64,000 nt of DNA from Candidatus Dormibacter sp. (GTDB lineage: Bacteria > Chloroflexota > Dormibacteria > Aeolococcales > Aeolococcaceae): contig JBDTJX010000094.1 of assembly GCA_039935655.1 (NCBI GenBank), positions 5,975-69,974 of the forward strand, written 5' to 3'. A program made the translations under genes and the position numbers. Positions 27,737 through 37,941 of the stretch are shown piece after piece (positions within the stretch are counted from its first letter, which is position 1; the number at the start of each line of letters is the position of its first letter). The notes below the pieces were generated by a model, which was given only the letters and a program-made list of their open reading frames with translations, had not been told where the DNA came from and made no database searches.

Positions 27737-28468
27737 TTGGAAGTCGCGGTCGGTGTCCACAGGCTCACCGGAGGCGTCGTCAACTTCTACCTGATCGAGG
27801 ACGGTGGCAAGTTGGTCCTGGTCGACGCGGGCGCGCCGGGCGACTGGAAGTTGCTGGTGCAAACCATCACCGGGCTGGGCCTCCGCCTCCAGGATCTCGA
27901 CGCCGTGCTGATCACCCACGCGCATGCCGACCACACCGGGTTCGCCGAGCGGGCGCGGACCGCAACCAGCGCCAGGGTGTGGATCCACGAGGCCGACGTC
28001 GACCAGGCCAGCGGCGGCAAGGCTCCCCGGAATGACGGCAAGATGAGCAGGTACCTTGCCAAGGCCGAGATGTACCGCACTCTCATCTCGCTACTGAGGC
28101 GCCGCGCCCTGAGCATCGTGCCCATCCGCAACCTGTCGTCCTTTGGCGACGGCGAGGTGGTCGACGTTCCCGGCCGACCGCGCGTCGTGCACGCCCCCGG
28201 TCACACGGCCGGCACCGCGGCGCTGTACATCGAATCGCGCGGCATCCTGTTCAGCGGCGATGCGCTGGTCACGCATAACCCCCTGACCGGGCGCGTCGGG
28301 CCGCAGATCATGCCGTCGGGGTTCAACCGCGACAGCGTCGAGGCACTCACCTCGCTGCGGGCGCTGCTGACGGTGGCGGCCACCACAGTCCTACCCGGCC
28401 ACGGCGAACCGTGGACAGGCGGCGCGGCAGAGGCTGTCAGGCTGGCCCGGCAGGCGGGGATCTCGTAG
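27737..28468 (+). CDS. MBL-fold metallo-hydrolase
   Basis: It carries ITHAHADHTGF and a later HAPGHT. The start is a TTG with an AGAGGA RBS. Confidence 0.87.
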   Translation: MEVAVGVHRLTGGVVNFYLIEDGGKLVLVDAGAPGDWKLLVQTITGLGLRLQDLDAVLITHAHADHTGFAERARTATSARVWIHEADVDQASGGKAPRNDGKMSRYLAKAEMYRTLISLLRRRALSIVPIRNLSSFGDGEVVDVPGRPRVVHAPGHTAGTAALYIESRGILFSGDALVTHNPLTGRVGPQIMPSGFNRDSVEALTSLRALLTVAATTVLPGHGEPWTGGAAEAVRLARQAGIS

Positions 28469-28517
28469 CCGGCGGCCTCGGACGTCACAAGATGGGCCGC
28501 GGCGGTGCTGTGTTTGT

Positions 28518-29060
28518 ATGAATGGAGAGGCCGTCTGGCGCATGACCGTCCCCCCCGCGCCCATCGCCGCGACCGACCACGCCTTCGACCGCGTCTTCAG
28601 GACGGAGTACGCGAGGGTCGTCGGCATCGCCACCCGGGTCCTGGGCGACCGCGCTCAGGCCGAGGATGTCGCCCAGGACGCGTTCCTGGCTCTCCACCGC
28701 CGCCACTGCAGCGATCAGCCGTGGGCGGCCGGTTGGGTGTATGCCGCCGCGGCCCATGGCGCGCTCAATGTGTTGCGCGGCGATCAGCGCCGCCACCGTC
28801 GCGAACGCCTGGCCGCCGACCCTGCGCCGGCAGCCGACCCGGCGGTTGTGGCGGAGCTGGCCGACGACACGCGGATTCTCCGCACCGCGCTGCAACGGTT
28901 GTCGGCGCGAGTGGCCATGGTGCTCGTGCTCCGTCACAGCGGGCTGAGCTACGCCGAAGTGGCATCGGCGATGAATGTCAAACAGGATGATGTGGGAACG
29001 ATGCTGCGCCGGGCGGAATCGGCGCTGCGCAAGGAGGTTGAACGTGCGACATCTCAGTGA
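28518..29060 (+). CDS. ECF-type RNA polymerase sigma factor
   Basis: Region 2 is AEDVAQDAFLALHRR. Region 4 is LSARVAMVLVLRHSGLSYAEVASAMNVKQDDVGTMLRRA. Confidence 0.88.
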   Translation: MNGEAVWRMTVPPAPIAATDHAFDRVFRTEYARVVGIATRVLGDRAQAEDVAQDAFLALHRRHCSDQPWAAGWVYAAAAHGALNVLRGDQRRHRRERLAADPAPAADPAVVAELADDTRILRTALQRLSARVAMVLVLRHSGLSYAEVASAMNVKQDDVGTMLRRAESALRKEVERATSQ

Positions 29061-30153
29061 AGGGATGCTGCGCCGCGTCCACGACGACAGGTTTGCCGCG
29101 TCCAATGACGAGCGCAACCACCTCGACGGGTGCGCTCGCTGCCGGCAACGGATGGACAACGTCACCCGCGATGCGCAGGTGGCGACTCGGCTCTTCGCGA
29201 GCCAGCCGAACGCTCCCGCGCCGGTCGAGCCCGCGCTGGCTGCGTTGCGCAGCCGGGTCGCGGCAGGGGCCGTGGCGTCGACCGGCGCACCGCCGCAGCC
29301 GCGCCGGCTGCGCAGCCGGCGTTGGGCGGTGGGTGTCGTCGCCGCGCCGGTGCTGGCGGTCGTGCTTCTGGTCTCGGCCAACGCGGCCGGTTGGCTGTCG
29401 ATCTTCTCCCCCACCACGGTGGCCCCGATCAGCCTCACGGTCGGCGACGTCACCGGGCTGCCCGACCTCTCGGGGTACGGCAGCATGCACGTCAACCACC
29501 CCGACTCACACGAGGTGAGCGGCGCCGCGGCAGCTGCTGCGGCAACGGGCCTCCCGATGCTGCGACCGACCTCCCTGCCCGCGGACGTACCCACCCAGGT
29601 TCGCTGGAACGTGATCGGCACGGGCAGTGCCACGTTCACGCTTGGTGCGTCGGCGGCGAAGGCCGCCGCGAACAAGGCCGGCCGTGCGGCGCCGCAGATC
29701 CCCAGCAACCTGGACGGCGCATCCATCACCGTCAACGCCGGACCGGGCGTGCTTGCCGTGTACGGGGGCACCGGCACGTTGGGCGACCAGAGCAGCGCCA
29801 ACCCTCCCGCGCTCATCATCGGCGAGGGATTGCGCCCCACCGCCTCCACCAACGGCGCCACCCTGGCGCAACTCGAGGCCTTCCTGGTGTCGCAGCCGGG
29901 CATCTCGCCCCAGCTGGCAGCTGAGATCCGGGCCATCGGGCAGCCGGCGAGCACGCTGCCGATCCCGGTCATCGCCGGCGTGATGACGTCGCAGACCATC
30001 ACCATTGACGGCGTGCAGGGCGTGGTCACCGGTGACTCGAGCGGCCTCGGAACGGCGGTGATCTGGGAGAAGAACGGCATCGTCCGCGTTGTCGCCGGTG
30101 CGGTTGCCAGGAGCGAGGTTGTCAGCATTGCCGAGTCCCTCCCCGTCCCCTGA
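29044..30153 (+). CDS. putative anti-sigma factor (zf-HC2 motif, one TM helix, extracytoplasmic domain)
   Basis: The GTG at 29044 overlaps the end of the sigma gene. It has an H-x3-C-x2-C motif (HLDGCARC), a TM helix (WAVGVVAAPVLAVVLLVSA) and a large extracytoplasmic C-terminal domain. Confidence 0.65.
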   Translation: MRHLSEGMLRRVHDDRFAASNDERNHLDGCARCRQRMDNVTRDAQVATRLFASQPNAPAPVEPALAALRSRVAAGAVASTGAPPQPRRLRSRRWAVGVVAAPVLAVVLLVSANAAGWLSIFSPTTVAPISLTVGDVTGLPDLSGYGSMHVNHPDSHEVSGAAAAAAATGLPMLRPTSLPADVPTQVRWNVIGTGSATFTLGASAAKAAANKAGRAAPQIPSNLDGASITVNAGPGVLAVYGGTGTLGDQSSANPPALIIGEGLRPTASTNGATLAQLEAFLVSQPGISPQLAAEIRAIGQPASTLPIPVIAGVMTSQTITIDGVQGVVTGDSSGLGTAVIWEKNGIVRVVAGAVARSEVVSIAESLPVP

Positions 30154-30178
30154 GGCCGCAGCGGACACGTCCGGGGCG

Positions 30179-31093
30179 GTGCCGGCGATCCACGCCGTCG
30201 AGTTGACCAAGCACTATGGTCACATCGAGGCGCTCGCCGGGCTGACGATGTCGGTGCCGCGCGGGGAGATCTTCGGGTTCCTCGGACCCAACGGCGCCGG
30301 CAAGACGACTGCGGTGAAGCTCCTGCTCGGCCTCACCTCCCCCACCGCCGGCGACGCCTGGCTTCTTGGTGAGCCGATCGGCCGCGCGTCGGGGCGGCGA
30401 CATGTGGGGTACCTGCCAGAGCTCTTCCGCTACCCGGCGTGGCTGACGCCCTCGGAGGTGTTGCGCTTCCACTGCCGGCTGATCGACCTGCCCCGCGCCG
30501 ATCGTGACGGCGAAGTCGAGTCCGCGCTGGCCACGGTCGGGCTGCAGCAGCGGGCCAATGACAGAGTTGGCACATTCTCCAAGGGCATGCAACAGCGGCT
30601 CGGCCTCGCCGTGGCCATGCTCGGCGACCCGCAGGTGGTCTTCCTCGACGAGCCGACGTCGGCGCTCGATCCCGTGGGCCGGCACGACGTGCGCGAGATC
30701 ATCCGCGCGCTGCGCACGCGCGGCACCGCCGTGTTCCTCAACTCCCACCTGTTGAGCGAGGTGGAGCAGGTGTGCGATCGCGTCGCGGTGGTCGACCGCG
30801 GCCGGGTAGTGGCGTCGGGAACGCTCGACGAGATCCTCGGCGGCGGCGTCGCCGTGCGCTTGCACGTCACCGGGGTCACCGGCCTGTCGTCACTGCTGTC
30901 CCGCTGGGGACAGGTGGTGGTCGAAGGCGACTGGGTCACGGTGCGCGGCGTCGACGCCGACGGTGTCGCCGACATCGTCGCCGAGCTGGTTGCGCGTGGC
31001 GCTCGCGTCCACGCGGTGGAACCGCAGCGTCAGTCGCTCGAGGACCGTTTCCTCGAACTGCTGCGCACGGCAGATGGCGAGGCTGCGGCATGA
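30179..31093 (+). CDS. ABC transporter ATP-binding protein
   Basis: It has a Walker A (GPNGAGKTT), the signature FSKGMQQRL and a Walker B (VVFLDEPT). The start is uncertain (30089-30179). Confidence 0.9.
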   Translation: MPAIHAVELTKHYGHIEALAGLTMSVPRGEIFGFLGPNGAGKTTAVKLLLGLTSPTAGDAWLLGEPIGRASGRRHVGYLPELFRYPAWLTPSEVLRFHCRLIDLPRADRDGEVESALATVGLQQRANDRVGTFSKGMQQRLGLAVAMLGDPQVVFLDEPTSALDPVGRHDVREIIRALRTRGTAVFLNSHLLSEVEQVCDRVAVVDRGRVVASGTLDEILGGGVAVRLHVTGVTGLSSLLSRWGQVVVEGDWVTVRGVDADGVADIVAELVARGARVHAVEPQRQSLEDRFLELLRTADGEAAA

Positions 31094-31944
31094 AGTCGCT
31101 GACCATCGCGATGGTCACCGTGCGCGAGGTGACCAGGCGTCGGCTGGTGCTGGCGCTTGTCGTGCTATCCGCGTTCGCCGTGGCGCTCACCGGCTGGGGA
31201 TTCAGCCGCCTTCCCGGCATTCGCGACCGGGGCGTCCCGATCACCGCGGCCGACCTCACCCTGGTGTCGTCGCAGCTGCTCATCTTCGTGCTCTTCATGT
31301 TCAGCGCCGTGCTCGGTCTCGGCGCGGTGATGGTGGCCGCACAGTCAGTGTCGGGAGAGGTCGAGTCAGGCCAGGCGCTGGCTGTGCTGGCGCGTCCCAT
31401 CCGTCGCGCCGAGGTGATCCTCGGCAAGTGGCTCGGCCTTGGCGGCCTCATCGTCGTGTACGCGGCGGTGGCCAGTGGGGCCGAGTTCCTGGTGGTGCAC
31501 TGGGCCACCGGCTACCTGCCGCCGCACCCCGTCGAGGCCGCGGTGTTCGTCGCCATCGAGGGACTTGTCCTGCTCACCCTGACCCTGCTCCTCAGCGTGG
31601 GGCTGTCCGGCATCACCGCCGGCGTCATCGCGCTGATGTTCTTCTTCATCACCTGGATCGCCGGCGTCGCCGGTGCCGTCGGCACGGTTCTCGGCAACGG
31701 GCCCATCGAGGCGATCGGGAACATCAGCCGCATGCTCCTGCCATCCGACGGCCTGTGGCGGGCCGCCATCTTCAACCTCGAGCCGGACACGGTGGTGGCG
31801 GTGGCGTCGGGCAGCCGCGAGGCCGCGGCCAACCCGTTCACATCGCTGTCTCCTCCCGCGGGCGCGTATCTCGCGTGGGTGGCTGTGTGGATCGTGGCCA
31901 TCGTCGGCCTGACCATCGCCGCCTTCCGCCGCCGCGAACTCTGA
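31090..31944 (+). CDS. ABC-2 type transporter permease
   Basis: The ATG at 31090 overlaps the ATPase stop (ATGA). It has six predicted TM helices. Confidence 0.75.
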   Translation: MKSLTIAMVTVREVTRRRLVLALVVLSAFAVALTGWGFSRLPGIRDRGVPITAADLTLVSSQLLIFVLFMFSAVLGLGAVMVAAQSVSGEVESGQALAVLARPIRRAEVILGKWLGLGGLIVVYAAVASGAEFLVVHWATGYLPPHPVEAAVFVAIEGLVLLTLTLLLSVGLSGITAGVIALMFFFITWIAGVAGAVGTVLGNGPIEAIGNISRMLLPSDGLWRAAIFNLEPDTVVAVASGSREAAANPFTSLSPPAGAYLAWVAVWIVAIVGLTIAAFRRREL

Positions 31945-31947
31945 GGT

Positions 31948-32319
31948 TTACGGCCGAGGCGGCAGTTGCTGCAACGCCCACGCGTTGCCGTCAGGGTCGT
32001 TGAAGAAGACGAACCGAGCCCTACGATTGCACGTCGATCTCCGTGCACTCGACGCCATGCGCGACCAATTCCTCTCGCGCGGCTGCGACATCCCTGACGA
32101 CCACCTGCAGACCCTTCTGCGAGCCGGGGGCATCGGGGTGATCCCGGTGCCGAAGGCTATCGAACAGGCGGATCCCGGCGGCGTGAGCTGCACGAAGCGC
32201 AGCTCGTCGTTGACCTACTGGTCATGGTCGGCATGGAATCCGGCCTGGTCGACGTAGAACGCTTTGGCGCGGTCGACGTCGGTGACAGGGACGAAGACGA
32301 GCTCGAGCCTCCAGTCCAT
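31948..32319 (-). pseudogene. VOC/glyoxalase-family gene with multiple lesions
   Basis: The N-terminus MDWRLELVFVPVTDVDRAKAFYVDQAGFHADHDQ is followed by an in-frame TAG at 32215-32217. It then continues VNDELRFVQLTPPGSACSIAFG. The middle is readable only in another frame (GSQKGLQVVVRDVAAAREELVAHGVECTEIDVQS*). The original frame resumes at RFVFFNDPDGNAWALQQ. Confidence 0.75.
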
Positions 32320-32326
32320 GCCCAGG

Positions 32327-32647
32327 TCAGCCTCCGGGAGCGCGGTACTGAACGGTCTGCTTGGCGGCCTTGTCGATCTCCTCGGGCGTGAGGAGCACGC
32401 GGATACCGCTGGTGACGTTGCCGGACGCACTGACCGCCAGGCTGAAAGCTGCCGCCGCCGTGTTGTCGGGGAGGTCCAGGACGACGACCACGTCGTCCTC
32501 GCCGAACACGTAGTAGAAGCTTTCGACACTGCCTCCCAGCGCCTTGGCGGCACCCTCGACCACCGACCGGCGGCTCGAGCCACCCTCTTTGAGGATGCCC
32601 TTGAGCCCCTCCGCCGTGTAGGACGCCTCAACAAGGTACTTCGGCAT
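32327..32647 (-). CDS. GYD domain-containing protein
   Basis: 106 aa. MPKYLVEASYTAEGLKGILKEGGSSRR...FYYVFGEDDVVVVLDLPDN is typical of the GYD family. Confidence 0.8.
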   Translation of the reverse strand: MPKYLVEASYTAEGLKGILKEGGSSRRSVVEGAAKALGGSVESFYYVFGEDDVVVVLDLPDNTAAAAFSLAVSASGNVTSGIRVLLTPEEIDKAAKQTVQYRAPGG

Positions 32648-32757
32648 GTTGCTCTCCCCTCAGCCGCCTGCGGCGGCCGGTCGTATGGCATCGACGCGCC
32701 GGCAAATGTACGCGTTAGCGATGCCGTCCCGGACGTGGGCGACCTACCCGGCGGCCG

Positions 32758-33335
32758 TCAATCCCGCCTCATGGCGGCACACAGTGTCTCCATCTCGCCC
32801 ATGTGAACTCGGACGTGGCCGACGCATGGTCGGGCCAGGAACTGCCCGGCAGGGAGACCTTCAAGAGCCTCGATCTCCACCCATGCCCCGGCGGTGGCGT
32901 ATCTCGGGTGGACCTGATTGACCTCTCGCAGCGACGGCACCCGATCGAGGTCGCCATTGGTCGCGGTGGTCGCCCAGACGTCGATCGAGTCGCGGAGCAC
33001 GGCGCGTAGGCGACAACGTCAGCCGCACCGACCGCGACCGCAAGGTCATCTGCCTCGTCGTCGCTGATGCCCGTGCCGTGTCCGAGGTCGTACCGGACGC
33101 GGTCCTTCCACGCCTCCGCGGCGGCAATCTCCGGGACCTCACGAACGACTGTGTTCAGCCCCCAGTCGACCATCCGCGCACAGTGCCAGGCGATGAAACC
33201 GGGGAGCGACGAGCCGGGAAAGGCGCGCTGAGACCACACCGCCTCGGCCTCACGTGCGTGCGCGGCGACCTGGTCGCACGAACCTCGCAGCTGGACGTGG
33301 AGAAGATCGATGGCGTTCACGGTGCACCCCGCCAT
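32758..33335 (-). pseudogene. DinB-family (DinB_2-like) gene, frameshifted
   Basis: The N-terminal part runs in one frame up to ...VVAYA. The C-terminal part (LRDSIDVWATTATNGDLDRVPS...HVRVHMGEMETL) runs in another frame. A 1-nt indel lies near 33005. Confidence 0.6.
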
Positions 33336-33430
33336 GTTCGAGCCGTCCGGACGGGCGATACCAATATCGGTGGCGCCGAGAACCAAGGGATCGCCTACCG
33401 ACCCCCACAGGTCGTGAGAGCATTCACGTG

Positions 33431-34400
33431 ATGCGCGCGATTGTCGTCACCCGCCACGGAGCCCCCGACGTCCTCGAGCTCGTGGAGCGCGAGACTCCTC
33501 AACCGGGTCCGGTGGAGGTGCTCGTCGAGGTGGCCGCCGCCGGGGTCAACTACATGGACATCTACGCACGCGAGGGGACGCCGCCATACCGCGCCGAGCC
33601 GCCCCACGTTCTCGGCGTGGAGGCGGCCGGAACCATCGCGGCCGTCGGGTCCCAGGTCGCCGACCTCGCCGAGGGGGACCGCGTCGCCCTGGACCGGTGT
33701 GCCGGGGAGCTATGCAGAGCAGGTCATCGTCCCGGCAGAGCGCGCCGTCAAGGTGCCCGATGGCGTCGACCTGCGCGTCGCCGCCGCGGTGATGCTCCAG
33801 GGCACCACCGCCCATTACCTCTCGCACAGTACGTATCCCATCGCCGAAGGCGATGTCGCCGTCGTCCAGGCTGCTGCGGGCGGCGTCGGGCTGCTCCTCA
33901 CCCAGATGGTGGTGATGCGCGCGGGTGTGGTGGTCGCCACCACCTCGACGCCCGAGAAGACCGAGCTTGCCCGAGGCGCCGGAGCCGCGCATGTCGCAAC
34001 GTATGACAACTTCGGCGACATCGTCCGTGACGTCACCGGTGACCGAGGCGCTGCAGTCGTCTACGACGGGGTGGGACAGGCGACCTTCGAGGCAGGCCTC
34101 GCTGCGCTGCGGCCTCGCGGGTACATGGTGCTGTACGGCGCGGCGAGCGGCCGGGTGCCACCGTACGACCTGCAGCGGCTGGCGCCGGCGGGATCACTCT
34201 TCGTGACGCGCCCGACGATTGCTCACTACATCCTCAGCCGCGAGGAGCTCGTGGGACGTACGAACGCCCTCTTCGAGTGGATCTCGGCAGGGCTCCTCGA
34301 CGTGCGAATCGGCGCCACCTATCCGCTTGCCGATGCTGCGCGCGCGCACGAGGACCTCGCCTCGCGGCGCACGACCGGGAAACTCCTTCTCGTCCCCTAG
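33431..34400 (+). pseudogene. NADPH:quinone oxidoreductase (zeta-crystallin/MDR family), frameshifted
   Basis: MRAIVVTRHGAPDVLELVERETPQPGP...GDRVA is in frame 1. WTGVPGSYAEQVIVPAERAVKVPDGV...AAGGVGLLL...GKLLLVP is in frame 2. An extra C in the run GCCCTGG near 33688 explains the shift. Confidence 0.8.
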
Positions 34401-34535
34401 GGGCGGCTCCTTTCATGCCAGGCCGGACGTCGCTCACCCGACCCGCGGTGAGCGGCCCGACCACGTATGCCGACCGAGTTCCGCGCCGGTCTGGTCGAAT
34501 AGGCGAAAGCAATCGATGATGAGGAGCGTGCGCGG

Positions 34536-35408
34536 ATGAAGGTGGGCTTGCACATCTCGGACTTCACGTGGGACGGGGGCGCACCTGCGCTGCGTGGGCG
34601 CCTCGCCGAGGTGGCCCGGATGGCCGAGAAGGCCGGGGTGGACCGGGTCAGCGTGATGGACCACGTCTGGCAGATAGGGCACCTCGGGCCGCCCGAGCAC
34701 GCGATGCTCGAGGCTTACACGATCCTCGGCTACCTCGCTGCGGTGACCGAGCGGGTCAAGCTGCTCACCGTGGTGACCGCCGTGGTGTACCGCGCGCCCG
34801 GTCTGCTGGCGAAGGCTGTCACCGCGCTGGACGTGCTGTCCGGCGGCCGGGCCATGCTGGGCATCGGCGCGGCCTGGAACGAGGAGGAGGCCAATGGGCT
34901 CGGCCTGTTCTTCGCGCCGATCGCTGAGCGCTTCGAGCGCCTCGAGGAGGCCCTGCAGATCTGCCTGCAGATGTGGAGTGACGACGACGGCCCGTACAAC
35001 GGCACGCATTACCAGCTTGCGCGCACCCTGAATTCGCCGCAGTCGTTGAGCCGACCGCATCCACCGATCCTGATCGGCGGAGCCGGCGAGAAGAAGACCC
35101 TGCGTCTGGTGGCTCGCTACGCAGACTCGTGCAACATCTTCGACTCACCACACGTGGCCCATAAGTTGGAGGTGTTGCGCGAGCACTGTTCCAACGAGGG
35201 GCGCAATTACGACGACATCGAGAAGACGGTGCAGACGCGTTTCGACCTGGGTGAGCATGGGGAGCGGATTGACCAGACCATCGATCATCTGCGCGAGCTG
35301 GCCGGCCTCGGTTTCCAGGTCGCTCACGGCACGCTGATCGATGCCGGATCGCTGCGCCCGATCGAGCTGCTGGGCGAGCGGGTCATCCCGGTTCTGGAGA
35401 CCTTCTAG
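34536..35408 (+). CDS. LLM-class (luciferase-like) F420-dependent oxidoreductase
   Basis: The sequence DRVSVMDHVWQ...LEAYTILGYLAAVTERVKLLTVVTAVVYRAPGLLAK...LDVLSGGRAMLGIGAAW is the LLM signature. Confidence 0.87.
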   Translation: MKVGLHISDFTWDGGAPALRGRLAEVARMAEKAGVDRVSVMDHVWQIGHLGPPEHAMLEAYTILGYLAAVTERVKLLTVVTAVVYRAPGLLAKAVTALDVLSGGRAMLGIGAAWNEEEANGLGLFFAPIAERFERLEEALQICLQMWSDDDGPYNGTHYQLARTLNSPQSLSRPHPPILIGGAGEKKTLRLVARYADSCNIFDSPHVAHKLEVLREHCSNEGRNYDDIEKTVQTRFDLGEHGERIDQTIDHLRELAGLGFQVAHGTLIDAGSLRPIELLGERVIPVLETF

Positions 35409-35536
35409 CCCACGGGCACGGGGAGCCCAAGGCCACTGTCCGCTGATCACTTCCCCAGCGAGGGCGCGTGGTTGCCGAAGCCAGGCTCGCTCGGCATGAT
35501 CGGTCGCGATGGACGGGAGACGATGGACCGTGACGG

Positions 35537-36248
35537 CTAGGATTTCTCGTAAACCGACACGTGCGAGCGACTGAGGCTCGTGAAGGGCTCGCGCTTCCAT
35601 CCTCCCCACCGTCCCCGCAGGGTCAAACCCGCAACTCGGGCCATGAGATCGAGTTCTGCAGGCCACGCGTAACGCCCTTCCACGGGGTACGACTGCATTC
35701 CGCCATCGCCAATCACGAAATGGTGAGACGTCAAGCGCTGTGTGACAACGTCGTACACGTCGAATGACATCCCGCGCGCATCTACGCCGATGACCGCGAT
35801 GTTCTTGCCCGATGGAATTGCTTGTAGGTCTGGCACAGTGAGCTCCACGACGAAGGTACCACCGACATCGAGGTGGGCCGCCGCATTCTGGAAGCAGGCA
35901 ACCTGCTCATCCTGGGTGACCAGGTTGAAAATGGTGTTGAAGACAAGGTAGACGAGCGAGAACAGTCGACGCAAAGTCGCCGATGGTGACGTCGATCGCT
36001 TCAGCTCCCGGCTTGCCGCGCAACCGGGCCACCATCGCCTCCGATGCGTCGATCCCGTGGACGCGCACTCCACCTGCTGCAAGCGGCAGGGCAATCCGAC
36101 CGGTGCCTATCCCCATCCCACCAGCCAGCTCGGCGAGCATCGCGACCGTGGGCCGAACCACAGCGTCGTCAAACATGTCAGCCGCCTGGTCGTCATAGAC
36201 CGCGGCCTCTCGCCCTCCGAAGAAGCGCGCGCCGTAATGCTCGTGCAT
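35537..36248 (-). pseudogene. class I SAM-dependent methyltransferase, frameshifted
   Basis: The N-terminal part has motif I (GIGTGRIALPLAAGGVRVHGIDASEAM) up to TIGDFA in one frame. FSLVYLVFNTIFNLVTQDEQVACFQNAAAHLDVGGTFVVE... follows in another frame. The junction is near 35965. Confidence 0.7.
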
Positions 36249-36310
36249 CAGCGCATTCTCGGAGTTCAGGGCCGCTCTTGGCAGCACATCGGGCTCCCAG
36301 ACGCGGATGC

Positions 36311-37189
36311 TCAGCGCCCGATGCGTCCCTTCGGTGGTGGGTCCGCGCCCTCCAGGCGCGCTTCCAACTGCAGTGTGCGTTCGAATGCCGCCCAGACCGC
36401 GTCGCTAACCACCGTGCGAAGGCCGCCCTTCTCCAACTGGTAGAGGGCTTCCGCCGACGTTCCGCCCGGCGACGTGACCATGTCGCGCAGTTCGGCGACG
36501 TGTTTGCCGCTCTGCAGCGCGAAAGCCGCCGAACCGGACATGGTGTCGAGCACCAACTCCCGAGCCACGTGTCGCGGGAACCCGAGGTGCACTGCGGCAT
36601 CGGTCATCGCCTCGATGAACAGGAAGATGTAGGTGGGCCCGGTCCCGCTCACCGCGGTTGCCATGGCCACCAGACGCTCGTCCTGCACCTCGAACTCTCG
36701 GCCGAGCGCACTGAGCATGGCGCGGACACGCTCGCGATGCGCCTCCGTGACGCTCGACGTCGCGTACCAGACGGTCACGCCCTGGCCGATCTGCGCTGGT
36801 GTGTTCGGCATGCTGCGCACCACCGCCGGGTGCTGCAGCCCGTCGCCGAGCGCGCGTGTGCTCGCCCCTGCGATCACGCTGATCACTAGCTGGTCGGCAC
36901 GCAGCTGCCCGCTCAGCTCTTTCATCACGCCGAGCAACATCTGCGGCTTGACCGCGAGCAGGATGACGTCGGCGTCGCGTGCAGCACTGACGTTGTCCGC
37001 CGTCACACGGACGCCGTGGGCCGCGGCGAGCGCGTCGCGACGTTCAGGCCGCGGATGACTCGCCATCATCCGCGCGCGATCGACGAGGTTGCGATCGACC
37101 AGCCCGGCGAGCATCGCCTCCCCCATCGCACCGGCGCCGATGACCGCCAGGCGGGTGTCGCCGAGCGCAGGGATGGTGGCCTCGCTCAC
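36311..37189 (-). CDS. proC: pyrroline-5-carboxylate reductase
   Basis: The GTG at 37189 overlaps the upstream esterase stop (GTGA). It has a Rossmann motif (LAVIGAGAMGEAM) and the C-terminus VTSPGGTSAEAL. Confidence 0.9.
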   Translation of the reverse strand: MSEATIPALGDTRLAVIGAGAMGEAMLAGLVDRNLVDRARMMASHPRPERRDALAAAHGVRVTADNVSAARDADVILLAVKPQMLLGVMKELSGQLRADQLVISVIAGASTRALGDGLQHPAVVRSMPNTPAQIGQGVTVWYATSSVTEAHRERVRAMLSALGREFEVQDERLVAMATAVSGTGPTYIFLFIEAMTDAAVHLGFPRHVARELVLDTMSGSAAFALQSGKHVAELRDMVTSPGGTSAEALYQLEKGGLRTVVSDAVWAAFERTLQLEARLEGADPPPKGRIGR

Positions 37190-37911
37190 GCCAGCCGTTC
37201 CAGGTAGTGCGGCAGCATCTCCCGCCACGTTGGCCAGTCGTGATCGTACTGGCCGCCCCATGGATCGACCCGGTTGGGGATTCCCTTCTCCCCCATCACC
37301 GCGGCCATCTGCCACGAATGGCCGATGTCCTCCCAGCGACCCTCGCCCGAGGCCAGGATCGCAAACCGGCGTTGCAGCTGCTGGAGGATAGGCCCGTTGA
37401 GCCCGGGCAGAAAGTACAGAGGTGTGGCAAAGAAAAGTGAGTCGCCGGCGTCCGGGCCGATGAAGTTCGACACGTCGTACGTGCCGCTCATGCCGATGGC
37501 ATGACTGACCACGTCGGGAAAGCGGCAGAGCATCGCAAGGGCGTTGAAGGCACCGATCGACGCGCCCGCGGTCATGACCTCCACGGTCGGTGTGCCGCAG
37601 TCGGCCCAGATCGCAGGGATCATCTCCTCACGAACGAAGTGGTGGAATCCATCGAGCAGGGCTGCGCGGTAACGGCTGCTGCCCTCGTCGCGCACCATCG
37701 CGTAGCCGGCCACGCTGTCGCACGAGTACAGCTTGACCCTGCCCGCCTCGATGAGGTGGCCGACGGAGTCGACCAGGTGCATGCGCTCGATCTCCTCGGC
37801 GTCACCGCCCGCGGTGGGGAACACGATGACCGGGCGGCCGAAGTGCCCCCAGCGGACTACGGTCACCTCGCTCTCGACCCGGGACGAGTACCAGCGCTCA
37901 CGGAGTTTCAT
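37186..37911 (-). CDS. esterase-family protein (PF00756-like alpha/beta hydrolase)
   Basis: 241 aa. It has VVRWGHFGRPVIVFPTAGGDAEE and a nucleophile-elbow-like AGASIGA. Confidence 0.75.
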   Translation of the reverse strand: MKLRERWYSSRVESEVTVVRWGHFGRPVIVFPTAGGDAEEIERMHLVDSVGHLIEAGRVKLYSCDSVAGYAMVRDEGSSRYRAALLDGFHHFVREEMIPAIWADCGTPTVEVMTAGASIGAFNALAMLCRFPDVVSHAIGMSGTYDVSNFIGPDAGDSLFFATPLYFLPGLNGPILQQLQRRFAILASGEGRWEDIGHSWQMAAVMGEKGIPNRVDPWGGQYDHDWPTWREMLPHYLERLA

Positions 37912-37941
37912 GACCGCGGAGTGTCGCGCATCCGTCCGACG

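Noticed and set aside
32215-32217. The in-frame TAG in the VOC gene as programmed recoding (pyrrolysine or readthrough).
   Set aside because: The same gene carries two frameshifts and a second TAG. The window has no pyl genes. A simple pseudogene explains everything.
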